Assembly (NCBI GenBank): GCA_964016885.1
Contig: OZ024753.1
Coordinates: 31,868,001 to 31,932,000, forward strand
Direction of reading: 5' to 3'
Source of the DNA: Eledone cirrhosa
Lineage: Eukaryota
DNA length: 64,000 nucleotides
Positions 1-13,440 of the stretch are shown here, piece by piece. The notes under the pieces are model-generated. The model was given only the letters and a program-made list of their open reading frames with translations. It did no database searches and was not told where the DNA came from. The position numbers and the translations under genes are program-made. How positions within the stretch are numbered: position 1 is the stretch's first letter; each line of letters begins with the position of its first letter.

Positions 1-66
1 TACTCTCATTTAAAATTCGACATCGACCAAACGATCAGTTAAAACTTCGAATAGGAATACATACCG
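1..66 (+). CDS. Receptor guanylyl cyclase gene A (NPR/ANP-receptor-like), catalytic-domain exon, 5' truncated by window
   Basis: Frame from nt 3 reads [21 protein letters not shown](G), then donor G|gtaagt; near-identical to gene B exon 45257-45083 ([20 protein letters not shown]). Confidence 0.93.
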
Positions 67-184
67 GTAAGTCGGAGTAGAACTATACCTTGGTCCTTTT
101 ATCTTTTCGTTGTTATTGCTATTGTTGCTACTGCTTTGATGTTATTGTTGATATTGTTATTGCTGCTGCCCATTCCATCACCAG

Positions 185-400
185 ATCTTTTTCTTCTTTG
201 CCCACTTATTTTTGAGAGGATCATGGGGGGTAGAGTCCTCAAGCATGCCTTCCAGAGAGTCCTGTCAGAAGCAACTGTCTCCAGTTGATCCGGCTAGATC
301 CCCAAGTAAGACCAGCTGAAGACATAGATGTTAGCCATCCATCTTCTTCGAGGTCTACCCTTAGGTTTCTGTGTGTAAAATGTGTGCATCAATTCTTTCC
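185..400 (-). mobile_element. Decayed LINE 3' end (RTE-like)
   Basis: Encodes KPKGRPRRRWMANI; homologous to the + strand copy at ~61460-61795. Confidence 0.55.
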
Positions 401-1577
401 TTAGATATTCTGACCACATGTCCATAATATTGCAGCAACACCACTGAGATAAGAAATATATTGTGTGTAAGTGTGGATGTGAATCATTGAGCATGTAAAA
501 TTTGTGACTGTAAAAAGTGTTACTGACATATATATATATATACACACACATACACAGACAGAAATGTCATATTATTATGGTTGATTGCCAGAATACAAAA
601 TCAATAATATTGATTTTGTCTCAGTGGTGTCCAATGCTGTAAAGCATCTCTTTAAGATGACTCATGAGGGTGTTATTTTGTTAAAAAGAGTTGGTCTGCT
701 GGTCAGATGGTTAGCTATACTTTGTCTGATCTAAAACAGAGATAGTGTAGCAATCTAGTGAGAGGTAAGTTAGTAGTGACATATTTAATGAATCTATGAA
801 GTATTGAAAAGCTAACTATATATATCATCATCATCATCATCATCAGTAGAAGCAGCACTATTTAATGTTTATTTTCCATGCTTCCATGGGTTAGACGAGT
901 TGTCACATACTGAGGCAAGACTCATCAGGTGACTATATCTTGCTTGTATGCTCTGTTTTTTGGCTTAGTTTATGGCTGGGTTCCATTGCTAATCCCAACC
1001 AATTTACAGTGTGGAGTAGGAGCATCATTTTATCGTGACTCCAACACTACTACTTTACAGGATCAACTGGGTGCATTTTTTTCATGTTACCAATACAACT
1101 GCCATACAGTGTGGACTAAGAGCATTTTATCGTGACTCCAACACTACTACTTTACAGGATCGACTGGGTGCATTTTTTCATGTCACCAGTACAACTGCCA
1201 TACAGTGTGGACTGGGAGCATTTTACAGGATGGACTAGGTGTATTCTGTCATGTCACCAGTACTTACAGTGTTGACGGGGTGCTTTGTGTCCATTCTTTT
1301 ACATGTTTTTCCATGATTGCAATTGTTGCACGAGTCTTTTCCAGCACAGTCAGGTGAATAGCAACAAACTGTAACAGCAGCTGCAGCATTTTTAAAACTC
1401 TTACAGCATCTTACTATTAATTTAATTTTTTTATTCTCTTACTATTATTCACTCTCTCTTTCTCTTCCCCATCCCTCTTTCTCTCTTCCCTCAAAACATT
1501 TCTCTCTCTCTGAGATTTGATAGTCACCTCCTTCTACAATATCTCTATATCTAAATAAAATGTTTGTGTCACTTCAG

Positions 1578-1676
1578 GTCCTGTGTGCAGTGGTGTTGTG
1601 GGATTAAAAATGCCACGTTATTGTTTATTTGGAGATACAGTGAATACTTGCTCAAGGATGGAATCGAATGGACTTC
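1578..1676 (+). CDS. Receptor guanylyl cyclase gene A, 99-nt exon
   Basis: ttcag| acceptor and |gtaag donor; (G)[32 protein letters not shown] is the class III cyclase signature with the GTP-specifying Cys; phase 1 matches the previous exon. Confidence 0.96.
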
Positions 1677-1738
1677 GTAAGCCACCCATTATTGATAATT
1701 TAAATGATATTTTGTGTTTATTTATGTGCAATATTTTA

Positions 1739-1769
<31 letters not shown>

Positions 1770-2208
1770 TTATATATATATATAATAGTGGTAATAATAA
1801 TAATATCATTAATAAATGGAGTATTAAAACTGCTTTACCGGAGGTTAAAAGCTCAATGCAATGGGGTTCACGCAGAACTTTTATATACTAATTACTGATT
1901 TTTTGTTCCCTTATATATGTGTGTGAAAAACAGTAGTTAAGTATAGTGAAGTTAGTTTAAAACATTTAATACAGGGAACATCTCAAAGCTAAGTGAAAAT
2001 AGACAAATGGTTAGCAAAAAATTGATTTTTAGTAAAATACAATTTTTGTGGAAGCAAAATGTCATGTATGTTTCATCCTATTCTGACTTCATTTTATTAA
2101 TCGAAATAAACAGTCAGTATCAAAAATACTATAACTAATGTTTTTTTTATTATTTAGTATATTTGTTTCTACAAAATTTTAAGAAATTATTTTTAATTTA
2201 TTTTTCAG

Positions 2209-2300
2209 CTTTGAAAATTCACGTGAGTCCGCATACGAAATCGGTTTTAGACATATTTGGAACTTTTGATTTAGAATTGCGCGGAGCTGTTGAAATGAAG
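2209..2300 (+). CDS. Receptor guanylyl cyclase gene A, 92-nt exon
   Basis: tttcag| and |gtatgt; (P)[30 protein letters not shown]; phases consistent with both neighbours. Confidence 0.96.
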
Positions 2301-5300
2301 GTATGTCTGGTTTTATATTTCTCATCATGAATTATTATTTTAAACCCATTCTGGACTTTATTTCAAATGAAATACACTCTTTTTCAATTGATTAGTTACA
2401 AATTTTGAGAGATTTACTGAAATTATTTTGAGAGATTTTAATTTAAAATGGGTAGTTTTATTTTATAGAACCAGAACCAGTTTTGGATGGGTTGGTATCA
2501 AAAGAGTTAAGAGTTTTGAGAGATTTACAAAAACTATTGATTATTTTGTTACTGAGATAGTAAGTTAACATATAGTATTTATATAAAATTATGTTGAAAA
2601 ATATTGATTTAAATAGGAACCGTTTAAAATGGATGATTTTATTTCAAAGAACCAGAGCCAGTTCTGGATAGTTTAGTATCAAAAGGGTAAACTCTAATTT
2701 ACTGACATTACAGGTTGTGATAATATTTGTTCATGTCATATGTAAACAGCGATCTTGCTGCACAAATGGTGAAGATAAGAAAAAGCACAAACCCAGTAGA
2801 GCAAGCATACTGATGCCACAACAAAAAGCACCCAGACGACTCCATAAAGTGGTATGACAGGAGTCACAAAGAAATGCTCCCAGTACATGTTGTAAAGTAG
2901 TTGATGTTAGGAGGGGGATTCCAGCTGTAGAAACCAAACCTAAAAAATGGAATGAATTTGTAAAGTCTAGTTACCTGACCAGTCACACCTCAGTACATGA
3001 CAGCTTGTGCAAGCATGGAAATAGATGTTAAATGAGGATGTTGATGATGATGATCTAGAAAATTTTATGAGGGGTAAAATAGGCTAAAACATAATATAGG
3101 TGAATCCAAAACTATAATACAAAAAAAAACACTTTCTCAAGATGTCACACTGAGATCAAACCATATGGTCGCTCCAAATCAAATGTCCTCACCTTACAAT
3201 CATGCCTATTGGAATGGTCACCCGATCTGTGTATGTGTGCATATACATATATTTGTGTACAATGTGTAATGCATATCCATCTTTAAATGTTTTTGGAAAG
3301 GCTTTGTAATCGTTTACAATTTAGCAGCATTCTCCAAAGAATTTCATACTGTGAAGCTTACATGAGATTAAACCCAGCTTAAAACAGAATCCTTTTGAAA
3401 TCACTTTTTATTCCTTTCCTGTTTGAGCTTTTAAATGTCAGCTGTTGGACAGGAATAACCATACTGTCAGACAGTTTATTACCATTTCCTTATTGATTTT
3501 TTTTTACTCAGGCCACAGATCATGTGTTCGGAATATTGTGGTGTGAAAAAAATTTATGAATAAAAACAAATAAATTAAAGACAATTTCGATTCCTCACTA
3601 TAGATTTCTTTTATATTATTTTCATTTTATTTATTATTTTTTTTAAAGTGTAACAACAAACTTTGTTGAGTGGGATTAAGTTATCAACAAAGCTAAATCC
3701 ATAATCAAGCTTTTCTGCTTTTGTTTGGAGTCATTTCACTTCTCTTTCATATTACCTGAGACAGAAAAACAGAAAGAGAGAAACTTTAGTCAGAGTTGAA
3801 CAAGTAAACTACTGTAGTTTTCAGAGTATAAAATACACCAATATTTTGAAGAAGAATATTTTGAGGAAAATAGTTAATACACAGTTATACTTATAGATGG
3901 CTGCTGTGTAGAATGTGTTGGATCTCTGTCAGGTCTGATGGCAAGAGTTCCAGTTGATACATTCCATAGTCATGTACACCCTTAATGAAGTTATCAGGGA
4001 GATCCAGCATGACACAATGTGTGACAAGGCTGGTCTTTTGAATTACAGGCACAACTCCTTTTTATCCACTTCAAGGACATAGTCCACCACCAGGAATCAA
4101 TCTCATAACTTTACAATCATAAGCTGAACACCCTAAACCATGCACCTTCAGTGTATAGTATATATACTATTATTATATTCATATATTCAATGTATAGAGG
4201 GCACAGGTAGATTTTGATACTAAATATATTTGTAAAAAACAATGTGTTTTATACACAAAAAATTATGGCTTGTTTCCATTGATTTTTGCATTATTGATAC
4301 TATGTGTTAGTTACAATTCAAAACAGAAATGGTTCCATTATCTGGTGACAGGAAGCAAGGTTTGAACTCAGATTGCACATCGCTGGAACAAATGCTACTA
4401 TTAACAATTCTGCAAATCTATCACTTTGGGCTGGTAATTTATTTATCAACCCCAGAAAGGATGGAAAGCAAATTTCCTTCTTTTTGAACCCACCCTTGCT
4501 TCCTTCTTTCTTTCCCGCCAATCTTTCTCCTCTTTACATATCCTGTCTTCTGCCACCACCACCCCATCCTCATTCATTAATAAACAATAAACAAATATAA
4601 GTTCTCCACTCCGAAAATGTCTGAATTTACCACTCTCCCTCCATCCACAGGATTTCATCTTAGTTTATGTTAACAATGACAACATATACAGTGAAGTGAC
4701 ACCTTGTAATTTATTCAGTGTGGCCATTATACATAGTTAACATGTTTATATATGTAGTATCATACTAGCTTTTATTCTTCACTGTGATGGCTGAATGCCA
4801 ACAGTAGGATATTCATTGTCCTCATCATTTAATGTCCATCTTCCATGCTAGCATGGGTTAGATGGGTTTGTCCCATTTAGAGGCAAGTTGGTTTTGGTGA
4901 CCGTGTCTCGCTCATATAGGACTATTTCCGGCTGGTTTTCTACAGCTGGATGCCCCTCCTAGAGCCAGTCACATTTACAGTGTGTACTGGTTACTTTTTA
5001 CTGTATTTTACACAACCACTTTACAGTGTGGGCTGGGTGCTTGTTAATGAAAATATTCAATGAAAAATTTGTATATACTATCATCATCATCATCATCATT
5101 TAAAATTTGTTTTCCCTGTCACTAAGGGTGGAATGGGTCATCTGTACTTAATCAGTGCTGATGACCTCTTAGATGGGCTTGGGGACTGCACTTCACTTAC
5201 ACACCCTACAGTGTGTACTGGGTGCATTTTATCGTAGCACCAGCATCTTGCTGACATACATTCCTGGTCTCTACCAGGTACATGTTATCATGGGGCTAGC

Positions 5301-5639
5301 TCTAGAAAGGTGAGCATGTTTTTGACACTGCTGAAGATACACAGAAGCCTGCATTCCACATACACATATGTCCCTGCACTCTACTGAGTGCATTTTATCA
5401 TGACACCTGTACTAGGAAGGTTGCCATGTCTTTGACACATCTGAAGAGTTTTCCAAACCCTTTGTAGAACAGGTGTGTATGAGTGAGGATATGTATGTGT
5501 GCATGTGGCATTATAATCACCTAGGGGTAAGTGAACTCTATATCGTTTGAAGCTATATAGATACTTCATAACAATATTACACACAGCATTTGGTATTTCA
5601 ATAAATGATACATCATCATCATTATCACTGTTATGTGGA

Positions 5640-5827
5640 GGGCGGTGAATTGGCAGTATCGGTAGAGGGTTGGGCGCCATGCTTTCTAGCATAGTTACGT
5701 CCCTTTACAGTCTGAGTTCAAATCCCGCCGAGGTTAACTTTGCCTTTCATCCTTACGGGGTCGATAAAATAAAGTACCAGTAATGTACTGGGTAATTGCT
5801 GGCCTTGTGCCTAAAGTAGAAACAATT
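5640..5827 (+). mobile_element. tRNA-derived SINE, full length
   Basis: A box TGGCAGTATCGG, B box GAGTTCAAATCCC, central GCCTTTCATCCTTACGGGGTCGATAAAATAAAGTACC; multiple near-identical copies in the window. Confidence 0.85.
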
Positions 5828-6055
5828 GTCACTGTTATGTAATGTCTATTTTCCTTGCTAACATTTCTGCTTCACATTTGAGAAGAGGGTTTTAGCCCTG
5901 AAATATACTGGGTAAACCATTTTTTTTTTGTTTCATTTGCTTTATATATTCCTACTGCATTATACAGGCTTTTTGAAACACATTGGTCTTTTATTACATA
6001 TCTCACAATGCTTTATATTAACCATACTACAAACTTCTTCTTGTTCTTGTTCTAG

Positions 6056-6157
6056 GGTAAAGGAAGTGTAACCACATATTGGTTAAAAGGAGAGATACAG
6101 CCAGATGGCACCAAAACAGAAGCCATTCCATCACAACCAACGACAACAGAAGCTTAA
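6056..6157 (+). CDS. Receptor guanylyl cyclase gene A, terminal coding exon
   Basis: Pyrimidine tract plus ctag|; GKGSVTTYWLKGEIQPDGTKTEAIPSQPTTTEA*, with the conserved GKGxxxTYWL motif; TAA at 6155-6157. Confidence 0.94.
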   Translation, partial: GKGSVTTYWLKGEIQPDGTKTEAIPSQPTTTEA

Positions 6158-6589
6158 ATTAACTGAGAGATTATAATTATTACTATTGCTACAACAACTA
6201 CTACAACTACTGCTACTATTATTATTATTATTATTGTTATCATCATCATTATTATTATTATCATACATTACACCACCACCAAGCACCAATGTTTCTTTCT
6301 GTTCCATTTAGAGCTTTTGTTTTAGTCATGTGACTGCTGCATGTGTGCATGCATGCAGCGTGTGTGTATGTGTGTGTGTGCACATTTGTGTGTGTACAGA
6401 AATACATTTAAAAACAACATGGGGGAGCAATGCAAACTATACTAGTATATATAAAAATAAGTATCTAATTATATATATACACACACACACATATATCTCT
6501 CTCTATATATATAGATACTACTATACATATATATACTAGCCAATCACTGTGACATTAAAAAATCTGTGAGGTTAAAAATGTGCTTACTT

Positions 6590-6920
6590 CATAACCATGT
6601 AGTTAATTAGTTGACTATTAATGAGCCGACTAATTAGTAAATTGTTGATTATGTGGTTAATTAGACTAATGGCCATGTAGTTAATTAGTCTAATGACCAT
6701 ATTGTTAATTGTTCAACTGTTAATGATATGCTTGATTAAACTAATAGCCATGTAGTGAATTTGTCTAATGTCAATATTGTTAATTAGTGAACTATTATTG
6801 ATCTGGTTAATTAGACTAATGACCATGTAGGTAATTAGTCTAATGACCACATAGTTAATTAATTAACTGTTAATGATATGGCTAATTAGGTTAATGGCCA
6901 TGTGGCTAATTACTCTAAAT
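6590..6920. repeat. Degenerate AT-rich tandem repeat downstream of gene A
   Basis: Recurring ccatgtagttaattag / ctaatgacc / aactgttaatgat units. Confidence 0.7.
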
Positions 6921-7541
6921 ACCACACATGTACACAATAAGAACTTTGAAATGTTACTGTCACAGTCATTTCATTCTTCTTACCTTAGTCTACCTGGCTG
7001 ACAAAAGGGAGTGGGATCTATTTACAAATATGACACCATCACACCTCATTAAAGAATGTATTTAATGAATTTAAAAGTTTGGAAATAAATGATCACCTTG
7101 ACCCTCCTCTAAATTAGCTAAGGCCTATGAAACGATAAATCAATAAGATTCATAACAATAATGATGATGATAATAATAATAATAATAATGATGATGATGA
7201 TGATGATGACAATAGTGACACAAAGAAGAAAAACTGAAGAGAGAAAGACACACACACACAAACTGAATGACGATTTGGTGAAATATTAAATTTGTTTTGT
7301 TGAAATTTAGAAAACGAAAAAAAAAAGTGTTAAAAAAATAAAAATATTAAAAAATATATAAAAATTGGAGAAAATAGAAAGAAAGAAAGAAAGGAGCAAA
7401 GAAAAATATAAAAATCGAAAAGAAATATATATATTACATATACATATATATATGCATATGCACATATATATAATATATGAATATAAATACACATATATAT
7501 GCATATACACATATATGGATATATATACACACATATATATG

Positions 7542-7575
<34 letters not shown>

Positions 7576-9889
7576 AAATGAAAAAGATTATAAATTACAA
7601 CTACAACATCAATAACAATTGAATTAATAAATGAAATGTGTTATTTAGTGACAGATATTGATTTGTTTTGTTAAAAAATGTCAAATATGTTTTTTTTTGT
7701 TTTGTTTTTCTTCACGGCTTTCACATTCACTGGGATTCCTTATAAAACATGTTAATTGCTTGGAATTGGTAAATTATCCATAGAACACATCATTATATTT
7801 TGGGCCAAAATACTACATAAATTCCATGATTTTTTTTACCATATGTTCCTTATAACTCGTTATTGCTTGGAAGATTGCTGGAAAATGATTCGTAATTCTG
7901 TAAGAGTAGTTCCATAGATCATATCATGTTTTGGCCAAATGCTACACAAATGCATAATGTTAGTGGAAAGAACATGAAAAATTACATGAGCAAAATTTCC
8001 ATGTATTTCTTTTAAGATAGTGCATTGACACAGATTCATTAGAAAGCATAGGAAAAAATGCTTTGTGGTATTTGCCCCACCAACTCTCTGCAGTTTGAGT
8101 TCAAGTCCTACTAAGGTAAGCTTTGTCTGTCATCCATCTTTTTAAGACCAGTAAAATAAAGAGTCGATAAGCTCATTGCGCGCTCTGAGTTCAAATTTCG
8201 CCATGGTCAACTTTGCCTTCCATCCTTTTGTGGTCGATAAAAAAAGTACCAGTCCAGTACTGGGGTCAATTCTTATAGAAAAAATTGGCTGTGTTCAAAC
8301 CTGAAGAGGGTTGGGCTCTATACACACTGTATGACAGTGCCTCTATGATTCCACAAGGAGTTATAGGATCTTTATCCTATTATCCTAAAATAAGGTACTG
8401 GTTTAATGCTGTAGCTTGGCTAAATTGTCAGAGGGTCAGACGAAATGCTTCACAGTATTTATTACACCAGCTTTCTGTGTTCTGAGTTCAAATCCTACTC
8501 ATCCTATTAGGGTTGGAAATAATGTCTCTGTCAAGGGCTGTGGAAAGCCAGAATCATTGAAGTATTAGCTGAGATGCACAGCTATATTTTTCATGATTCT
8601 TTGCACTCTGAGTTCAAATACTGCTATGGCCTACTTCATGGTTAGTCTTAATCTATCACCCAGTTTAACACCACCACCTGGTCTGAAGGTAGCTTTTAGT
8701 AGTGTTCACTCTGTTGCAAGAAGTCAGATCAAGTCTCTGCTGTGAAGATACCTCCCTTCCACCAGTCTTAGAGGGGCCCTTAATGGACCAAGAGCACTAT
8801 CATTCCTTCCCTAACTAAGCAATATAAAAGATAAACAAAAAGCAAAGGACATGGTATTTTGAAATATTACTGGAAAGAAATTGTTAGCAATGTCATGAAA
8901 CATATCATTATTTTTGGGCATATGCAATGTGAATTCTGTTTTCCATGTGCTCTGTATAAGACTTATTAATGCTTAGAATATTCATGGTAAAAATCAGTTA
9001 CAATTCCATAGAACATATCATTTTTGGTCAAACACTATAAAAATCAAATGATTTTTAACATGTATGGCTTACACAACATTATCGCTTGAAATATATTGTT
9101 GGTGAAATCAATGGAACATGCATGATGTAAATTCCATGATTTACTACATATGTCTATGAGATTATGAATTAGCAGAGTCAGAATTATTAGAGAGCATAGG
9201 ATGAGTTGTTTTGCAGTATTTATTCTAGCTCTCTGTACTCTGAGTTCAAGTCCTGATGAAGACAACTTTGCATTAGAAGGATTTGGTAAAAATTTCATGG
9301 AACATATTATTTTTGGCCATACGCAACGTAATTTCCATGTTTTAAGCATGCGTTTCTTGAAAGGAAGCTATGCTGTTCATCATCGTTCGATGACCTGTAG
9401 ATAAACATGTACATACACGGCTAGATATACATATTAATATTCTGTTGCTATTCTTCTTTTTCTTCTTCTTATTATTATATTATTGTTAGTATTTGGAAGA
9501 TTGGAGGAGTAGCAGAATTGGTAAAGCGTAAAAAAAAGAAGCCCTTGAGGTATTTCCCTAGATCACTTTACATTCTGTGCTCAAATCTCCCTGTGGTTAA
9601 CTTTGCCTTTCATCCTTTTGTAAGGGGGTTGATAAATAAAGAACCAGTCTTATTCTGGGGTTGATGTAATTATAATCGACTTTACCCTGTCCTAAATATA
9701 TATGGCTTTGTGCCTATGTTAGAAATTATGATTATTATTATTATTATTATAACCATTATTGTCAATTTTATTAATGTTATTATTTATATTATTATTATTA
9801 TTACTATTATTGTTATCAATATTGTTATTGTCATTACGATTATGTGTTTATATTGCTAACAGAATGTGTTTATATTTATTTATATCTGT

Positions 9890-10619
9890 GATGTGTTGAT
9901 GTAGATATATGTATTAGGTTTTGTGTGTATGTGTGAGTGTATGTGCATACACCTGAACATATATATGTATACTTTTATATACATATACTTGCATATATAT
10001 ATATATTTATGTGCATTAGCATGTTAATAAATATATATGTATGTGTGTGTGTATATATATATATTTGCATACACAGATATACAAATATATATATATACAC
10101 ACATACACATATATATACTTGCACACACACACACACACATACACATATATACATATATACAGGGATTTGCAGACCCACACCAAAGCAGTTAGGGAAATAT
10201 TAATCGAGATCAAAAACAAGATTTAACATTTATCTTTAAAACAGTTTATTATTCTTTTAAAATGTGAAGAGCAGATGGTTATCTGGCTTTGTTGCCATAT
10301 CAGGCCAGAATATCTTTGAAAAGGGGAACTTTGACTTGAAATATAAGGATTATTATATGTTCTTATGATAAAGGTTTATTCTTATTTATATTTATACTTA
10401 AATTTTCACCAACTGGTTTGCTGTGGCTTTTTAAATCATTGTTATATTTTGCGATGCTTCAAGCAAAGTATAATGCATATACTAACACATATATGCATAT
10501 ATATATATATATGTGTGTGTGTGTATCTATATATGTATATATATATATATATATGTGTGTATGTGTATCTATATATGTATATATATATATATATGTGTGT
10601 ATGTGTATCTATATGTATG

Positions 10620-10655
<36 letters not shown>

Positions 10656-10720
10656 CATATGCATGCATGTTTGTGTGTGTATATATATATTATATATGTG
10701 CATATATATCCATATATATA
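9890..10720. repeat. (TA)n/(TG)n/(CA)n microsatellite cluster
   Basis: Direct inspection. Confidence 0.9.
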
Positions 10721-11034
10721 TCTATTGAAATACAAACAAAGTATCAAATATTCCATAGAAGAACCTATTTATTTATTTGTATATTTATCTATCTACAAAA
10801 GGTAGAATTAATCCAGTTTCCCTCTCCCCGCCTCACCACATGTTGAATACTTCCTCAGGCCCCCTTCCCCTCCTCTTCTCCCCTAATACTGACACACACT
10901 CCTACCTTTACATCTACTACATACTCATAAAACATTATTTCAAAATCATTTCATAGGCCCAAATATGGGTTGACTACAAAAGGCTTCCACTTTCATTAGG
11001 TGTGGTGTATCCAAGGGTAACATGGCTCAACAGA

Positions 11035-11640
11035 GCCCACACTACCTCAAGTGTAGAAACAGGGTATGGTGTCCTCATGGGTAGATAATGTACCTCCAGC
11101 ATAGTACACACCATCTCAAGGTTAATGGAACAGGGTGTGGTGTGTCCATGGGTAAATAATATACCCCCAAACATAACCCACACTACCACAAGGCTAATGG
11201 AACAGGGTGTGGTGTCTCCATGGGTAGATAATGTACCCCCAAAATAACCCACACTACCTCAAGGCTAATGGGACAGGGTGTGGTGTGTCCATGGGTAGAT
11301 AATGTACCCCAAACATAACCCACACTACCTCAAGGTTAATGGAACAGTGTGTGGTGTATCCATGGGTAGATAATGTACCCCAAACATAACCCACACTACC
11401 TCAAGGTTAATGGAACAGGGTGTGGTGTGTTCATGGGTAGATAATGTACCCCCAGGCAAAAGCCACACTACCTCAAGGTTAATGGAACAGGGTGTGGTGT
11501 GTTCATGGGTAGATAATGTACCCCCAGGCAAAAGCCACACTACCTCAAGGTTAATGGAACAGGGTGTGGTGTGTTCATGGGTAGATAATGTACCCCCAGG
11601 TAAAAGCCACACTACCTCAAGGCTAATGAAATCACACTAC
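11035..11640. repeat. ~72-bp minisatellite, about 8 copies
   Basis: Unit cacactacctcaaggttaatggaacagggtgtggtgtgttcatgggtagataatgtacccccaggcaaaagc (starts at 11464 and 11536). Confidence 0.92.
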
Positions 11641-12218
11641 AAATGGTTAAAGAAAGAGAATTAAGTGATCAATTGGGACTTGAACCTTCAGTGACATATA
11701 TATTTACATTCATACATGTACACATACAAAAAATACATAAACACACACATATACATACATGCATACGTATAAACATACACACACACAAACAAAACCTACA
11801 TATATATATAAAACATACATACATACACATAAGAAAATTACTTACACACATACACATACATATATGTACATAACTGTTTACATACATACATATATACATG
11901 TGTTATAGGAACACCAAGGTCACGTGTACCATAGTTTGGTAGTGTGCTGTGATATATTATTATTATGTAACAATGTTTTCTATTTTCACGTAAGTAATGT
12001 ATTGTTATGTTTTCTTTATTGTCTCCCCTTGTTTTTACCCTGGATTTATCTGAATAATTTCTGAAATGAGAATAAAACTGATATAAATAAAATAAAAATT
12101 TAAATGAACAGAAATCTATTTAAATGTTTTGTCCAATCTCAGTCTGAAGTTTTCATTTATTTTTTCAGTAACAAACAGCGTACAATGTATATACAATCAT
12201 AAATATATATATATCATA

Positions 12219-12833
12219 GTACAAAGCATAAATGAACTAAGTGAGAAATTAGGAATAAGAGGGATCAGATGCTGTTTACTCGAGAGAAGACTACGTCGGT
12301 ATGGTCACGTGATGCGCAGGAAAGACGACAGCTGTATAAAAAAAGTGCAGGATGATCAAAATTGATAGAAGCTACGGAGTAGGCAGACCCAGAAAAACCT
12401 GGGACGATTTGATAAATTCCGACCTTACACACTTACACCTCTCCAAGACAATATCACTGGACCGAGATCTTTGGCGCCACGCAGTAATACAGAAGACCCG
12501 CCATGCCTAAGTACAAAGGGAAACCTACAGTCAGTAGGCACCTCTTAACCAAAAATACACCCCCACCCCTTTTTCTGTAAAGTTATGTTGGTACCACAAC
12601 ATCCAGTCCTAAATAAATGAGGTCGTGTAGGTGTCACGACAAAAAAAAAACATACAGTCCACGCTGTAATGTGGCCGTGTAACACGGTCAAAACCTCCCA
12701 GTGGTTGGTGTTATGAAGGGCATCCAGCCGTAGAAAACCTGCCAGACGAGTAAGAGAACCAATCTTACCTCAAGTGGGACAATTCCCGTCTAAACCCATG
12801 CTAACGTGGAAGATAGACGTTAAACGATGATGA
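12219..12833 (+). mobile_element. RTE-clade LINE 3' fragment with 3' UTR
   Basis: QSINELSEKLGIRGIRCCLLERRLRRYGHVMRRKDDSCIKK; UTR ends in acgttaaacgatgatga; homologous to 48541-49864. Confidence 0.88.
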
Positions 12834-13239
12834 ACACAGGTGGGTCATATCCATAGAAATAGAACACTCAGTCAGGGTGTAGAATGTTTATCTTGGATTT
12901 CAGTAATACCAAATGTAAATACAGAATATTATAATGAACATCAAATTACCGCGAGGGCGAGAGGGCAACGTGAAATCCCAAAACCGGTGTCACAATTTTA
13001 CACTATTATTCTCAAAACAATGTCGAATATTTTATTTTGAAATTTTATTTATCTTCTATCGCTGCACCTTCCGTATTTATAATCGAATAAATAGATTTAA
13101 GATTTTAATACTTTAAATATATAAAACGTTCAGTAAGTTCTCTGGTAGGAGTAATGGGTATTCATTCTTTCGTAATGAGGTATCGGGTTCAATATCGAGC
13201 TGGCGCTGCAGACGTGTATATATATATGGAAGAAGTTTA

Positions 13240-13440
13240 GGGAGCTGCTTCCTCAGTTGACAACGAAGGGTTTCTCCATGCAAATGAAAGGTCAGTTGTA
13301 TGAGGCCAGTTTCAGATACGTGATGCTGCATTGTAGTGAGGCAGGGGAAGCAACTGCGGAGGATATGCGAAGGCTGGAGAGAAAACGAAGCATGCATGCT
13401 AGAATGGATGTTCAATGTCAGTGTACGTAAACAAACAAAC
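13240..13440 (+). mobile_element. Degenerate RTE LINE fragment
   Basis: Similar to 44475-44680 (ggaagaagtttagggagctgcttcctc...ctggagagaaa.gaagca.gcatgct). Confidence 0.7.

Noticed and set aside
5640-5730. tRNA gene
   Set aside because: A and B boxes are present, but there is no cloverleaf and it continues into a multi-copy SINE body.
6140-6157. PDZ-binding motif at the gene A C-terminus (TTEA)
   Set aside because: Terminal Ala is only a weak fit and nothing else in the window supports it.
11325-11664. Repeat-protein ORFs on both strands
   Set aside because: The 72-bp unit is a multiple of 3; flanking units frameshift and there are no splice signals or recognisable domain.
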